DNA of 64,000 bases from Candidatus Poribacteria bacterium (lineage in GTDB: Bacteria > Poribacteria > WGA-4E > WGA-3G), in contig OZ240248.1 of the NCBI GenBank assembly GCA_965198235.1, positions 4,704,001 through 4,768,000 on the forward strand, given 5' to 3'. The notes beneath the pieces were generated by a model. The model did no database searches, was not told the DNA's origin, and saw nothing but the letters and a program-made list of their open reading frames with translations. A program made the position numbers and the translations under genes. The stretch's first letter is position 1. Every line of letters begins with the position of its first letter. Positions 29,221 through 39,400 of this stretch are shown in pieces.

Positions 29221-30900
29221 ATGTCCAATAAGCTGAAACCCCGAAGTTATGCGATTACCGACGGACCCGACCGCGCCGCCGCACGCACTATGCTCATGTT
29301 CGGCGATGGTGGGTTATCACCCGAAGATCTTGACAAACCGATTATCGGGGTTGCCAATACTTGGATCGAAATAGGTCCTTGTAACTTTCACCTGAGACGG
29401 CTTGCTGCTAAGGTCAAAGAAGGTATCCGCGAGGCAGGTGGGACACCGCTTGAATTCAATACCGTCAGCATCTCTGACGGCATCACCATGGGCACCGAGG
29501 GCATGAAAACTTCGCTTATCAGTCGGGAAATCATCGCCGACTCAATCGAGTTAGTTTCCATCGGTAACATGTTTGATGCTGTCGTTGCCCTCTGTGGATG
29601 CGATAAGACCGTCCCCGGCACTGTCATGGCACTCGCACGGTTAGATATTCCATCGCTCACCCTCTATGGTGGATCAATCATGCCGGGCAAATTTCAGGGA
29701 CGAGATGTCACCATCCAAGACGTATTTGAAGCGGTCGGGCAGCATGCAGAGGGTACAATAACCGTCGAAGAACTGGATGATTTGATTCGTAAAGGGTGTC
29801 CCGGTCCCGGTGCATGCGGAGGTCAATTTACTGCCAATACGATGGCAACAGCCGTTGAAATGTTAGGCATTGCTCCGATGGGAAGTGGGAGTGTCCCAGC
29901 TGTCGCAGGGGACAAGGACCAAGAAGCATACAGAACTGGACAACTCGTTATGGACATGCTCGCCGCTGATCGGAGACCGAGTCAAATTATCACCCGCAAG
30001 TCGCTTGAGAATGCGATTACCTCTGTCGCCGCGACCGGTGGCTCTACCAACGGTGTTCTCCATCTACTCGCCATCGCGCACGAGGCACAGATTCCGTTGA
30101 CACTTGAGGATTTTCACGCCATTAGTCAAAAAACACCCGTATTGGCAGACCTGAAGCCCGGCGGGCAGTTTGTCGCGACCGATCTTTATGAGGCGGGTGG
30201 CATTCCGTTCTTGGCGAAACGCTTGACAGAGGCAGGCTTGCTCCACGCTGACGAACTCACTGTCACGGGGAAATCCATTGGTGAAGAGGCAGGCGCAGCC
30301 ACCGAAACTGAGGGACAGCAAGTGGTCAGACCTGTCAATGCACCACTCAAACCGACTGGCGGCTTTGCCATTTTGAGAGGTAACCTTGCGCCAGATGGGT
30401 GTGTTATCAAATTAGCCGGTCAGGATAAAACGCTCCATCGCGGTCCCGCCCGTATTTTTGACCGTGAAGAAGACACTTTTGCCGCCATCAAAGGTGGACA
30501 GATCCAGCCCGGGGATGTCGTCGTTATCCGCTATGAGGGACCTACCGGTGGTCCCGGTATGCGTGAGATGTTAGGCGTAACGGCAGCCCTTGTAGGGGCA
30601 GGCTTGAGTGAAGATGTCGCTCTCTTAACCGACGGTAGATTCTCTGGTGCGACACACGGTTTCATGATCTGCCATGTCGCCCCTGAAGCCGCAAAAGGCG
30701 GTCCCATCGCTATCCTCGAAGAAGGGGACGAAATCGTGATTGATGCAAAGGAACGACGACTTGACGTTCAACTCTCCGACGCTGAAATCCAGGCACGCTT
30801 TGAGCAGTGGACTCCACCAGAGCCGCGCTATGCCCGCGGTGTCATGGCGAAATATGCAAACTCGGTCTCTTCTGCCTCTGAAGGTGCTGTGACGGGATAG
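29221..30900 (+). CDS. ilvD: Dihydroxy-acid dehydratase
   Basis: [55 protein letters not shown]. Confidence 0.97.
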   Translation: MSNKLKPRSYAITDGPDRAAARTMLMFGDGGLSPEDLDKPIIGVANTWIEIGPCNFHLRRLAAKVKEGIREAGGTPLEFNTVSISDGITMGTEGMKTSLISREIIADSIELVSIGNMFDAVVALCGCDKTVPGTVMALARLDIPSLTLYGGSIMPGKFQGRDVTIQDVFEAVGQHAEGTITVEELDDLIRKGCPGPGACGGQFTANTMATAVEMLGIAPMGSGSVPAVAGDKDQEAYRTGQLVMDMLAADRRPSQIITRKSLENAITSVAATGGSTNGVLHLLAIAHEAQIPLTLEDFHAISQKTPVLADLKPGGQFVATDLYEAGGIPFLAKRLTEAGLLHADELTVTGKSIGEEAGAATETEGQQVVRPVNAPLKPTGGFAILRGNLAPDGCVIKLAGQDKTLHRGPARIFDREEDTFAAIKGGQIQPGDVVVIRYEGPTGGPGMREMLGVTAALVGAGLSEDVALLTDGRFSGATHGFMICHVAPEAAKGGPIAILEEGDEIVIDAKERRLDVQLSDAEIQARFEQWTPPEPRYARGVMAKYANSVSSASEGAVTG

Positions 30901-30993
30901 AAACCCGTTTACCACCCAACACAAAACTTACTGATTCATGCGTTGTCTCTCTTGTAGGGGCAACCAAGAAGAAAGGGAAATTAGGGAAAACTG

Positions 30994-32292
30994 ATGAATA
31001 GAAAACAGATAGTTACCACGCTCTCCTTCGGCCTGATGGGCCTGATTTTACTCATGTCCGCCGGTTGTGATAGGTTTGACCTTGGCATGATTGATAACAA
31101 CCGAGACGAGCTCGACGCTGTGGAGCCGAATCTCGTTAGAGCCAATACGATGTTCGGATTTAAGTTGCTCAACGAACTCCGACAGACCCAGCAGCCTAAC
31201 AATACACTCATCTCGCCCTTCAGTCTCTCTGTTGCGTTAGCGATGGCACGCAACGGAGCAGCAGGCGAAACTGAACAGGCGATAGTAAATGCTCTACAAC
31301 TGCAAGCATTAGATCCCGAGTCGATCAATGCCAACTATGTATATTTGCAAAGGGCACTTCAAGCACCTGATTCAAAGGTGACACTGGAGATCGCAAACGC
31401 GCTTTGGGCTGCCGAAGATATTGAATTCGATCCCGGTTTTTTGAATCGAAATAATCAATTCTTGGATACAGAAATCGCAACACTCGATTTCACGGAGCCT
31501 GCTAATGTTTCAACCATCAACGATAGCGTGAATACCAACACCAACGGAGCGATTCCAAGTGTTGTTGCGGCAATCGATCCGCAAACGATAACGTGCCTGA
31601 TTAGTGGGATTTATTTCAAGGGGAATTGGCAGGAAGAATTTGACACATCGGAGACACGGGACGAACCCTTCTTTCTCGCGAACGGTGACAAAAAACAGAC
31701 CCCGATGATGCACAGAACAGACTGGTACCCATATTATGCAGACGGACACTTTCAAGCCATCAGTCTCCCTTACGACGACGGTCAAATGGGGATGTATATT
31801 TTCTTGCCGAATCGTGACACCGATCTCAACACCTTCTTAGACCGTTTGAATGTTGAAAATTGGGAGCGTTGGATGTCGCAATTCTCCCAAAGGGAGGTGT
31901 CGCTCGTCATGCCCACATTCGAACTGCAATATTCAGTAGAGTTGAAGAATGCATTAGAGCAGCTCGCCATGGGTATCGCATTTGACGAAGGTCGCGCAAA
32001 TTTCAGTCGCATGACTGTCTCATCGGTGCCGGTGTTTATTAGTTATCTGACGCATAGAGCAGTCGTTGAAGTCAATGAAGAGGGCACTGAAGCCTCCACA
32101 GGGAGCTTTGTTTTTTTCGACGCAGAAGTAGCCACTGTCTTAGCGGAGGACTCTGTACCCCCTATTCCATTTATTGTAAATAGACCGTTTTTTCTTGCGA
32201 TTCGAGATAACCAAACAGAGACAGTGTTATTTATGGGTGTTGTTGTCGACCCAACAACAGTGAAGGAACCGCCATTCATACCGGTTAGGTAG
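30994..32292 (+). CDS. Serpin family lipoprotein
   Basis: Lipobox SAGC; ISPFSL, IYFKGNW, EVNEEGTEA, FIVNRPFF. Confidence 0.92.
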   Translation: MNRKQIVTTLSFGLMGLILLMSAGCDRFDLGMIDNNRDELDAVEPNLVRANTMFGFKLLNELRQTQQPNNTLISPFSLSVALAMARNGAAGETEQAIVNALQLQALDPESINANYVYLQRALQAPDSKVTLEIANALWAAEDIEFDPGFLNRNNQFLDTEIATLDFTEPANVSTINDSVNTNTNGAIPSVVAAIDPQTITCLISGIYFKGNWQEEFDTSETRDEPFFLANGDKKQTPMMHRTDWYPYYADGHFQAISLPYDDGQMGMYIFLPNRDTDLNTFLDRLNVENWERWMSQFSQREVSLVMPTFELQYSVELKNALEQLAMGIAFDEGRANFSRMTVSSVPVFISYLTHRAVVEVNEEGTEASTGSFVFFDAEVATVLAEDSVPPIPFIVNRPFFLAIRDNQTETVLFMGVVVDPTTVKEPPFIPVR

Positions 32293-32435
32293 AATATCTT
32301 TCAAGAACAAAAAGAGGAAATTAAGTGGAATAAAGCCTTCGTGTATTTTCAACATCGCAGTGGTACACCGCCGGAGATAAGCCGATTCGCCCAAAAAATG
32401 TTGTAAAATCTTCCCTATCTGTTAGAATATCCTTT

Positions 32436-32834
32436 ATGAGTAAACAAAAACCCATTATCCTCAACCAAGCGGAACTTGACTGGGAAACCTGGGACGATCC
32501 AGACCTCGCTGCCAAGAGTCCAGTGCGTTGGAAAATCCTCATATCGAGTGAACGCGGACCCAGCGGTCGACTTACCACTGGAATAGCAGAGATGGCTCCG
32601 GGGACCCTACTCCCGCTCCATCACCACGAACCCGAGGAGACGTATTATGTCATCAGTGGTCGCGGGCATGTGACAATAGATGATAACGAGGCATCACTTA
32701 GTTCTGGGGCATCCGTCTTTATACCCGCTAATGCGAAACATTCGCTTCGTTGTACCGGCACGGAGAACCTTGTCTTTCTATTCACCTTCGCAGCAGATAG
32801 GTTCGACGAAATCGTCTACCATTTCGATGCGTAG
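32436..32834 (+). CDS. Cupin, DddK/DddW (DMSP lyase)-like
   Basis: VRWKILI, GIAEMAPG, LHHHEPEETYYV, FIPANAKH, DRFDEIVYHF. Confidence 0.65.
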   Translation: MSKQKPIILNQAELDWETWDDPDLAAKSPVRWKILISSERGPSGRLTTGIAEMAPGTLLPLHHHEPEETYYVISGRGHVTIDDNEASLSSGASVFIPANAKHSLRCTGTENLVFLFTFAADRFDEIVYHFDA

Positions 32835-32905
32835 TGTCCAGTTATCAGGCGGTTTGGGAACTCCATTATCGTGAATTAGAAAAATAAGTGGACATTCACT
32901 AACCT

Positions 32906-32932
32906 GTGGGCGGGGTTTCTAACCCCGCCTAC
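32906..32932. repeat. REP-like palindrome
   Basis: gtgggcggggtt-tct-aaccccgcctac; similar elements at 36171, 39171, 45167, 45705. Confidence 0.6.
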
Positions 32933-32980
32933 TTGAGTATATCAGTAATTATAGGCTTTACTATAAGGTAAATTATCGAG

Positions 32981-33970
32981 ATGTCAACGTTAAAAACAAC
33001 AGACGCTAAACCTATCATTTCCAATGCGGATGCCAGTCTGATGGACATCGGTGATGGCATCGCCCGGTTTGAACTGCATAGCAAGTTGAACATCATTGGG
33101 GACGGAATGCTGGAGATGTTTGATGCCGCGTTGGATGAGGTAGAAACCAATTGGACAGGTCTGATTGTCGCCACAGAAGCGAAGAATTTTTCGGTAGGAC
33201 TCAACCTTATTCTCCTGTTGGAGCGTGCCAAGAGCAAAAATTGGGACGCAATTTCAACGACACTCCGAAAACTACAAGCCGTTTGCACAAGACTTCGTAG
33301 GTCATCGAAACCGGTCGTCGCAGCAACAGCAGGTATGGCACTCGGCGGCGGATGTGAACTTGCATTTGGTGCTGATGCGGTACAAGCCTTTACTGAGAGT
33401 TACCTCGGTCTCGTTGAACTCCGCGTCGGACTAATTCCGGGTGGTGGTGGCACTAAGGAGATGGCACTTCGATGTCTGGAGGGACAATCTTTACCCACCC
33501 CGATTCAAAATCTGTTTCCGCATGTTCATAAGGTTTTTGAAACGCTCTGTGGCTCAAAAGTTTCGCAGAACGCGACGGATGCAGAGGAGCTTGGTTATCT
33601 TCGACACACCGATGCTATCTCATCGAATCAAGAGACACATCTTGAAGATGCCAAAGGGCTTGTGCTCTCACTGCACAAAGCAGATTATCGTCCACCCGAA
33701 CCGCCGCAGATATTTGTACTCGGTGAGGAGGGAATTGCTCGGCTCAACCTACAAACACACCTACTTCGACAGGCAGGTACGATCGACGCTTATACGCAGC
33801 ACCTCGGCAATAAATTGGCATCCGTCCTCTGCGGTGGTATGCTTTCAGCTCCACAATTCGTCACTGAACAATACCTGCTTGACCTGGAGTACGAGACATT
33901 CCTCAGCCTTTGTGGACAGCGGGAAACCCATGCAAGGATAGAGGCAACGCTCCAGAAGGGTAAAAAATAA
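32981..33970 (+). CDS. Enoyl-CoA hydratase/isomerase (similar to the C-terminal half of FadN)
   Basis: NFSVGLNL, ALGGGCE, GLVELRVGLIPGGGG. Confidence 0.88.
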   Translation: MSTLKTTDAKPIISNADASLMDIGDGIARFELHSKLNIIGDGMLEMFDAALDEVETNWTGLIVATEAKNFSVGLNLILLLERAKSKNWDAISTTLRKLQAVCTRLRRSSKPVVAATAGMALGGGCELAFGADAVQAFTESYLGLVELRVGLIPGGGGTKEMALRCLEGQSLPTPIQNLFPHVHKVFETLCGSKVSQNATDAEELGYLRHTDAISSNQETHLEDAKGLVLSLHKADYRPPEPPQIFVLGEEGIARLNLQTHLLRQAGTIDAYTQHLGNKLASVLCGGMLSAPQFVTEQYLLDLEYETFLSLCGQRETHARIEATLQKGKK

Positions 33971-35160
33971 TGGAAACGACACCAAACGTGGTTATCGTAT
34001 CTGCGGCACGGACAGCCGTAGGAAAAGCGGGGAGAGGGACACTCAAAAATACACGTCCAGATGAACTCGCTGCGGCTGCCCTCCGTGGTGTGATTGAGAG
34101 GCTTCCACAGTTTGATCTGGATGCCGTAGACGATGTCATCATCGGATGTGCGACACATGAGGGACCGCAGGGTTACAACGTCGCCCGTATCGCCAGTTTA
34201 CGCGCTGGGTTTCCTGTTTCCGTCCCTGCCTTGACGATCAACCGATTCTGTGCATCTGGTTTAGAGACAATAGCGATGGGTGCGGAGCAGATCCTATCCG
34301 GGCGTGCCGAAGTCGTCGTTGCTGGTGGTGTGGAGAGTATGAGTCAGGTGCCGTTTGGGGTCAATCTCTCGCCAAACCCTACACTCATAGACCACGCCCC
34401 GGATGCCTACCTCAGCATGGGATTGACTGCTGAAAACTTGGCGCGAAAGTATGATATATCTCGCAGTGTACAAGACGCTTATGCCTATGAAAGCCACCAT
34501 AAGGCGATCGCAGCGATTGATGCAGGCAGATTCAAAGAAGAAATCGTGCCGCTGATAATAGAAGAGACGCACCTCAATTCGGAAAATACTACGTCCGAAA
34601 CTACCTGCTCTGTTTTTGATACGGATGAAGGACCGCGCCGAGATACGTCGTCAGAAGCATTGGCATCTCTCAAACCTGTTTTTCATGTAGATGGAACTGT
34701 AACAGCCGGTAATGCTTCCCAAATGAGCGATGGTAGTGCTGCCGTTGTTTTGATGTCCGAGGCGCGCGCAGAAGCTGAAGGTTACAATCCGTTAGCCTAT
34801 TTCGTCAGTTACGCTACAGCAGGCGTTTCTCCCGAAATCATGGGAATCGGACCGGTCCCTGCAATCCCAAAGGCACTCGCGTCTGCTGGGTTAACTTTAG
34901 CAGATATAGATGTCATAGAGTTAAATGAAGCATTTGCTGTGCAAGTCCTCGCTGTGATTCAAGAGGCGCAATTAATACCCGAAAAGGTGAACGTCAATGG
35001 TGGTGCAGTCGCCTTGGGACATCCGCTCGGTTGCACAGGTGCCAAACTCACGGTAAGTTTGATTAACGAAATGCGGCGGCAAAATCACCGATACGGCATG
35101 GTAACGATGTGTGTCGGCGGGGGTATGGGTGCCGCTGGTATTTTCCTAAATCCGAAGTAG
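33970..35160 (+). CDS. fadA: Acetyl-CoA C-acyltransferase (thiolase)
   Basis: NRFCASG, NEAFA, GHPLG, MCVGGGMG; translationally coupled to the hydratase. Confidence 0.93.
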   Translation: METTPNVVIVSAARTAVGKAGRGTLKNTRPDELAAAALRGVIERLPQFDLDAVDDVIIGCATHEGPQGYNVARIASLRAGFPVSVPALTINRFCASGLETIAMGAEQILSGRAEVVVAGGVESMSQVPFGVNLSPNPTLIDHAPDAYLSMGLTAENLARKYDISRSVQDAYAYESHHKAIAAIDAGRFKEEIVPLIIEETHLNSENTTSETTCSVFDTDEGPRRDTSSEALASLKPVFHVDGTVTAGNASQMSDGSAAVVLMSEARAEAEGYNPLAYFVSYATAGVSPEIMGIGPVPAIPKALASAGLTLADIDVIELNEAFAVQVLAVIQEAQLIPEKVNVNGGAVALGHPLGCTGAKLTVSLINEMRRQNHRYGMVTMCVGGGMGAAGIFLNPK

Positions 35161-35170
35161 AAAAAAGAGG

Positions 35171-35210
35171 CGGTGTTTCCTCCTACCTTCGGGTAGAGGA
35201 GGAAACACCG
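35171..35210 (+). terminator. Strong hairpin after the thiolase gene
   Basis: cggtgtttcctc-ctacc/ggtag-gaggaaacaccg with a UUCG loop. Confidence 0.6.
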
Positions 35211-35217
35211 AAGACTG

Positions 35218-35463
35218 ATGAAATCCGCGAATTTGAAAGAGATATTTGAAGTGTGGAATCGCGTGAGAACTTGGGACCCAGAAATGCGCATTGACTTGGC
35301 GCGTCGGATTTTAGAGACCGTGGTCCCCTCGCGAATTCACTCCCCCCCACAAACTATGTCATTGGATGAAGTGATCGGTATTGCGAAAACGGATGCCTCG
35401 CCGCCTACTGATGAGGATTGCAAGAAAATTCTTGAAGAGGAGCGGATGAAAAAATACGGATGA
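35218..35463 (+). CDS. Putative antitoxin
   Basis: 81 aa ending ERMKKYG; ATGA overlap with the PIN gene. Confidence 0.7.
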   Translation: MKSANLKEIFEVWNRVRTWDPEMRIDLARRILETVVPSRIHSPPQTMSLDEVIGIAKTDASPPTDEDCKKILEEERMKKYG

Positions 35464-35882
35464 TTCACGCACTGTTAGATACAAATGTGATTTTGGATGT
35501 TTTGCTTGACCGCACGCCCTGGAGCACCGATGCTGCAGTCCTCTGGCAAGCTAAACTTGACGGGCGATTCATCGCTTGTGTCACGGCAACTTCGCTAACT
35601 GATATTTTTTACATAACCCGCCGCTACGCAGGCCGTGAAAAAGCATGGCAAGCGGTACACTCCAGTTTAGACCAATTGTCCGTTATACCGGTTGGAATCG
35701 ATGAACTACGTTTGGCAACGACGCTAGATGGAAATGATTTTGAAGACAATCTGCAAATTGCATGTGCAATAAGTAGGCAACTGGATTTGATTGTCACACG
35801 TAATTTTGCGGGGTTCCCGCGGACCAATATTCCAATCCTCACTCCACAACAAATGCTATTGAAGTTGACAAGAAGCGATTAA
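35460..35882 (+). CDS. PIN-domain (VapC-like) toxin
   Basis: LLDTNVILD, DFEDNLQIACA, IVTRN. Confidence 0.9.
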   Translation: MIHALLDTNVILDVLLDRTPWSTDAAVLWQAKLDGRFIACVTATSLTDIFYITRRYAGREKAWQAVHSSLDQLSVIPVGIDELRLATTLDGNDFEDNLQIACAISRQLDLIVTRNFAGFPRTNIPILTPQQMLLKLTRSD

Positions 35883-35899
35883 ATTTAAGGAGGAAAATA

Positions 35900-36004
35900 A
35901 TGTTTAGATATTTCTGGTTAACGATTGCTTTAATAATCGCTATGAGTGGATTGACGATTGACGCGTCTATACAAAAAGCAATTTTACTTAGGACTTACGC
36001 ATAG
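35900..36004 (+). pseudogene. Signal-peptide-only gene remnant or small protein ending inside a MITE
   Basis: Strong RBS AAGGAGG; MFRYFWLTIALIIAMSGLTIDA...; stop falls within the MITE left end. Confidence 0.45.
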
Positions 36005-36110
36005 TGCTCTTTTGTAGCATAACCTGTTAGGTTGTGCAATAGGACTAACTGCGTTTTTCCAGGATCCCCAACTAATAGGGCATGCTACGGTCAAAACTGC
36101 GAAAGTCCTA
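35989..36110. mobile_element. MITE with 13-bp terminal inverted repeats
   Basis: TAGGACTTACGCA ... TGCGAAAGTCCTA, TA at both ends; perfect right-end copy TGCGTAAGTCCTA at 48398-48410. Confidence 0.6.
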
Positions 36111-36170
36111 TAACAATTGAACGGATCCCCAATCGCAGTCGCGAATTGACCAGAAACCTGCCTGAAACGT

Positions 36171-36197
36171 GCAGGGGCTGGGTTACCCAGCCCGTAC
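36171..36197. repeat. REP-like palindrome
   Basis: gggctggg-tta-cccagccc. Confidence 0.55.
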
Positions 36198-36229
36198 AGA
36201 AGGCAGCCCAGGAGTAATCAATTAAAAAC

Positions 36230-37243
36230 ATGCAAACTCATGTCTATCTCTCCATAGCAGGCGAAAACAGAATCGCCATTTATACACTGGATGTCTCCAG
36301 CGGTGGCATTGAATTTCGGGAAAATATCGGTGTCAGCGGTTCCCCCGGTCCGTTAGCACTCTCACCGTGTGGCAACTATCTCTATGCTGGGCTACGATCC
36401 AGTCGGGAAATCGCGAGTTTCCGTATTGACGGGGAGACGAAACATCTCACCCACTTGCGGACCGTCCAATTAGATGCAGATACCTGTTATATTGCGACAG
36501 ACAAAACCGGGAATTTTCTGCTTTCCGCCTACTACGGTGCTGGTAAGGTTACTGTGCATACTATCGGCAACGATAAGACCGTCCAAGGTGAGCCGCTTCA
36601 GACCGTTGAGACCGATATACACGCACACTGCATCGAAACAGATGCCACAAATCGATTTGCTTTTGTGCCGCATACCGTGCCTCGAAATGCTATCTATCAG
36701 TTTCAATTCGATGAAGGAACAGGCGCACTCACACAAAACCCCGTTGGAAACCTCAATCCGGGTGCCCCGATCGGACCACGGCACTTCTGCTTTCATCCGA
36801 GCAAACCGATCCTTTATTTCTCAAATGAACAAGGGTCGAGCGTCTCCGCATACACCCTTCGGGCAGAAGAGGCACCGGGAACCTTAGTAGATCTACAGGA
36901 AGATTTGTCTACACTTCCCTCGGATTTTGAGTCGGATAATACTTGTGCCCAGATTCACATTGATCCACAGGGGAAATTTCTCTATGTTTCCAACCGAGGT
37001 CACGACAGCATCGCAGAATTCGCAATCGACGAAGAGAGCGGGAAACTCAGTGTTGTCGGGCATCGGTTAACCGAACCCACGCCGCGCGTTTTCAACATTG
37101 ACGCAACCGGCAACCTTCTCTTTGTCGGTGGCCAGGGGTCAGGTAAACTCGCTACCTACCGCATCAATCGGGAAAGCGGAGGGTTGGCACCGATTGACAC
37201 CTATGCAGTCGGGGAAAGCCCGATGTGGGTGCTTTTTCTCTAA
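36230..37243 (+). CDS. Lactonase family (6-phosphogluconolactonase-like) beta-propeller
   Basis: HAHC, GPRHF.FHP, YVSNRGHDSI, PRVF. Confidence 0.9.
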   Translation: MQTHVYLSIAGENRIAIYTLDVSSGGIEFRENIGVSGSPGPLALSPCGNYLYAGLRSSREIASFRIDGETKHLTHLRTVQLDADTCYIATDKTGNFLLSAYYGAGKVTVHTIGNDKTVQGEPLQTVETDIHAHCIETDATNRFAFVPHTVPRNAIYQFQFDEGTGALTQNPVGNLNPGAPIGPRHFCFHPSKPILYFSNEQGSSVSAYTLRAEEAPGTLVDLQEDLSTLPSDFESDNTCAQIHIDPQGKFLYVSNRGHDSIAEFAIDEESGKLSVVGHRLTEPTPRVFNIDATGNLLFVGGQGSGKLATYRINRESGGLAPIDTYAVGESPMWVLFL

Positions 37244-37255
37244 AAAAAGAAAAAA

Positions 37256-37873
37256 ATGGTACAACACGGAACCTTTATTACATTTGAAGGTGTTGAGGGA
37301 GCGGGCAAAACCACGCAGGTGCAACGATTGGCAGACGCTCTCGGTCCGAATGTCGTGCTCACCCGTGAACCCGGCGGCACTCCAGTCGCTGAACGCATCA
37401 GGGATCTCTTTCTAACTTCCGACGGAATAACGGCAGTGACAGAATTGCTACTGATCGCTGCCGCACGCGCACAGCACGTAGATGAACTTATACGTCCCGC
37501 ACTGGAGGCAAACCAAATCGTCATCTGTGACAGATTTATTGATGCTACTGTAGCGTACCAGGGGTATCGCGGTGGCATTGACCTTGAACTTATCCATCGA
37601 TTAAATCAGACCGCTACAGGTGGCTTGAAACCCGATCTTACCTTTGTCTTAGATTTGCCGCCAGAGATCGGTTTGCAACGCCAACAGCAGGGAAGAACAC
37701 ATCGCGATCGTTTAGACAGAGAACCTTTGGAATCCCATCACAAGGTGCGCGCTGGGTATCTCGCTGCTGCGAAAGCGGAGCCACACCGCGTGAAACTGAT
37801 AGATGCGACGCAGTCTCCAGATGCTGTCCATGCGGATCTTTTAACCGAGTATCAGGAACACCTATCAAAGTAA
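37256..37873 (+). CDS. tmk: Thymidylate kinase
   Basis: FITFEGVEGAGKTTQ, TREPGG, CDRF, AYQG. Confidence 0.96.
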   Translation: MVQHGTFITFEGVEGAGKTTQVQRLADALGPNVVLTREPGGTPVAERIRDLFLTSDGITAVTELLLIAAARAQHVDELIRPALEANQIVICDRFIDATVAYQGYRGGIDLELIHRLNQTATGGLKPDLTFVLDLPPEIGLQRQQQGRTHRDRLDREPLESHHKVRAGYLAAAKAEPHRVKLIDATQSPDAVHADLLTEYQEHLSK

Positions 37874-37881
37874 AGGGACAT

Positions 37882-38853
37882 TTGGAAAAAGTGCAGAATT
37901 CAATCATTGGACATCAACAGATTATTGAACAACTCCAGCGCACTGTAACATCGGGACGTATTGCCGGTGGGTATCTTTTCGTCGGACCAGCGGGAGTCGG
38001 AAAGGAGACGGTCGCTCGCCATTTTGCACAATTAATCTTCTGCCAACAAAATGCGCAACCACCAACGGTGTGTGGCACATGCCTTGCCTGTCGAAAGGTA
38101 GATTCGGGGAACCATCCTGACCTACAATTCATTCGTCCTGAAGGCAGTCTACTGAAAATAGGACAGATTCGAGAGTTGCAAAGACAAGTTATCTATGCAC
38201 CCCTTGAAGCGAGTCGGAAGATTTACATTTTGACGGATGTGGATCGGATGAATCCAGAGGCAGAGAACTGCTTACTTAAGACGCTGGAAGAACCCCCCGC
38301 GGCATCCGTTTTAATTTTAGTCACGTCAAACGCCCAAGCACTGCTCCCGACGACACGTTCCCGATGCCAAATTCTCCAGTTTCACCCAATGCTGACAGAA
38401 GAATTAGCAGAAATTTTAGTGGATAGGTTTTCAGTAGTGCCAAAGCAAGCAACAGCACTCGCAATTGCAACGGGGGGATCAATCGGAAAAGCACTCACAC
38501 AGTTTGAAAAAGGTGATCCACTCACCGAGAAAGTGCCGGAAATCCTTAGAGAGACGGATCGATTAGCCGCTTTCAGACTTGCCGAAAACTTTAAAAATAA
38601 TCCCGAAACTTTAGGCGAGTTAGTCACATGGTATCGCGACCTACTCTTTTTGCAACAAGGCGCGCCCAGCGAATTGATAACGCATATTTACTCCCTTGAG
38701 GAACTCCGAGCCATTGTTCCCTACTATTCTCGCTTGCGCATACAGCAAGCCATCCAAACCGTTTTTGACACCAAATCCCTCCTTGACAACACAAACACAA
38801 ACGCTACTTTAGCTTTAGAGGTAATGTGTTTAAAATTACTCAAAGCGTTTTAG
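37882..38853 (+). CDS. holB: DNA polymerase III subunit delta'
   Basis: GPAGVGK, CGTCLAC, NHPD, LLKTLEEPP, SRC; follows tmk. Confidence 0.93.
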   Translation: MEKVQNSIIGHQQIIEQLQRTVTSGRIAGGYLFVGPAGVGKETVARHFAQLIFCQQNAQPPTVCGTCLACRKVDSGNHPDLQFIRPEGSLLKIGQIRELQRQVIYAPLEASRKIYILTDVDRMNPEAENCLLKTLEEPPAASVLILVTSNAQALLPTTRSRCQILQFHPMLTEELAEILVDRFSVVPKQATALAIATGGSIGKALTQFEKGDPLTEKVPEILRETDRLAAFRLAENFKNNPETLGELVTWYRDLLFLQQGAPSELITHIYSLEELRAIVPYYSRLRIQQAIQTVFDTKSLLDNTNTNATLALEVMCLKLLKAF

Positions 38854-38873
38854 CGGAATCGGTTTGTGTGCGT

Positions 38874-39149
38874 ATGATGCCTCCAGATGGTCCTGCAGCC
38901 TGGGGCTACGATGCGATGTCGGTATTGGCTCTCGCAATGGAAAATGCAGGAACCCTGGAACCTGACGCAATTCGGGATGCTTTAACTAATATTACGGATT
39001 ATCAAGGCGCGGCTGCTATTGCCGGGTACGATGAAGATCACCATCCCATTAAAAGCGTCGCAATCCACGCAATTCGTAATGGGCAGATCGTCCTTTACAA
39101 AACGGTATCACGAACTGTAGAACGAAGAGAACTTGAGATTGACAGATAG
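38874..39149 (+). pseudogene. C-terminal fragment of a branched-chain amino acid ABC substrate-binding protein
   Basis: PDGPAAWGYDA..LA.A...AG...AIRDAL...YQG; no N-terminal part or signal peptide. Confidence 0.65.
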
Positions 39150-39322
39150 TCCTCATAAACCCAATCTATACGGGTGTGGTTTTTAACCGCACCCCATCCT
39201 CACAATTAGCTCTTCCTAAGCTTCAACATTTACCCCCCTATTTTTAGTCCTGTAGGGACGATATTCTTATAACATCCGGAAATCGGAACTGAATCTCCTA
39301 AAGCATAACGGAGAAAGACAGA

Positions 39323-39351
39323 TTGACAGGCAGGCTTTCTCATGGTATAAT
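39323..39351 (+). promoter_or_regulatory. sigma70 promoter of metG
   Basis: TTGACA-N17-TATAAT with extended -10 TG. Confidence 0.8.
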
Positions 39352-39400
39352 TTTAACAAATTAAACACAGTCTAAATCAGAGCCTTAAAAAGGAAACACA

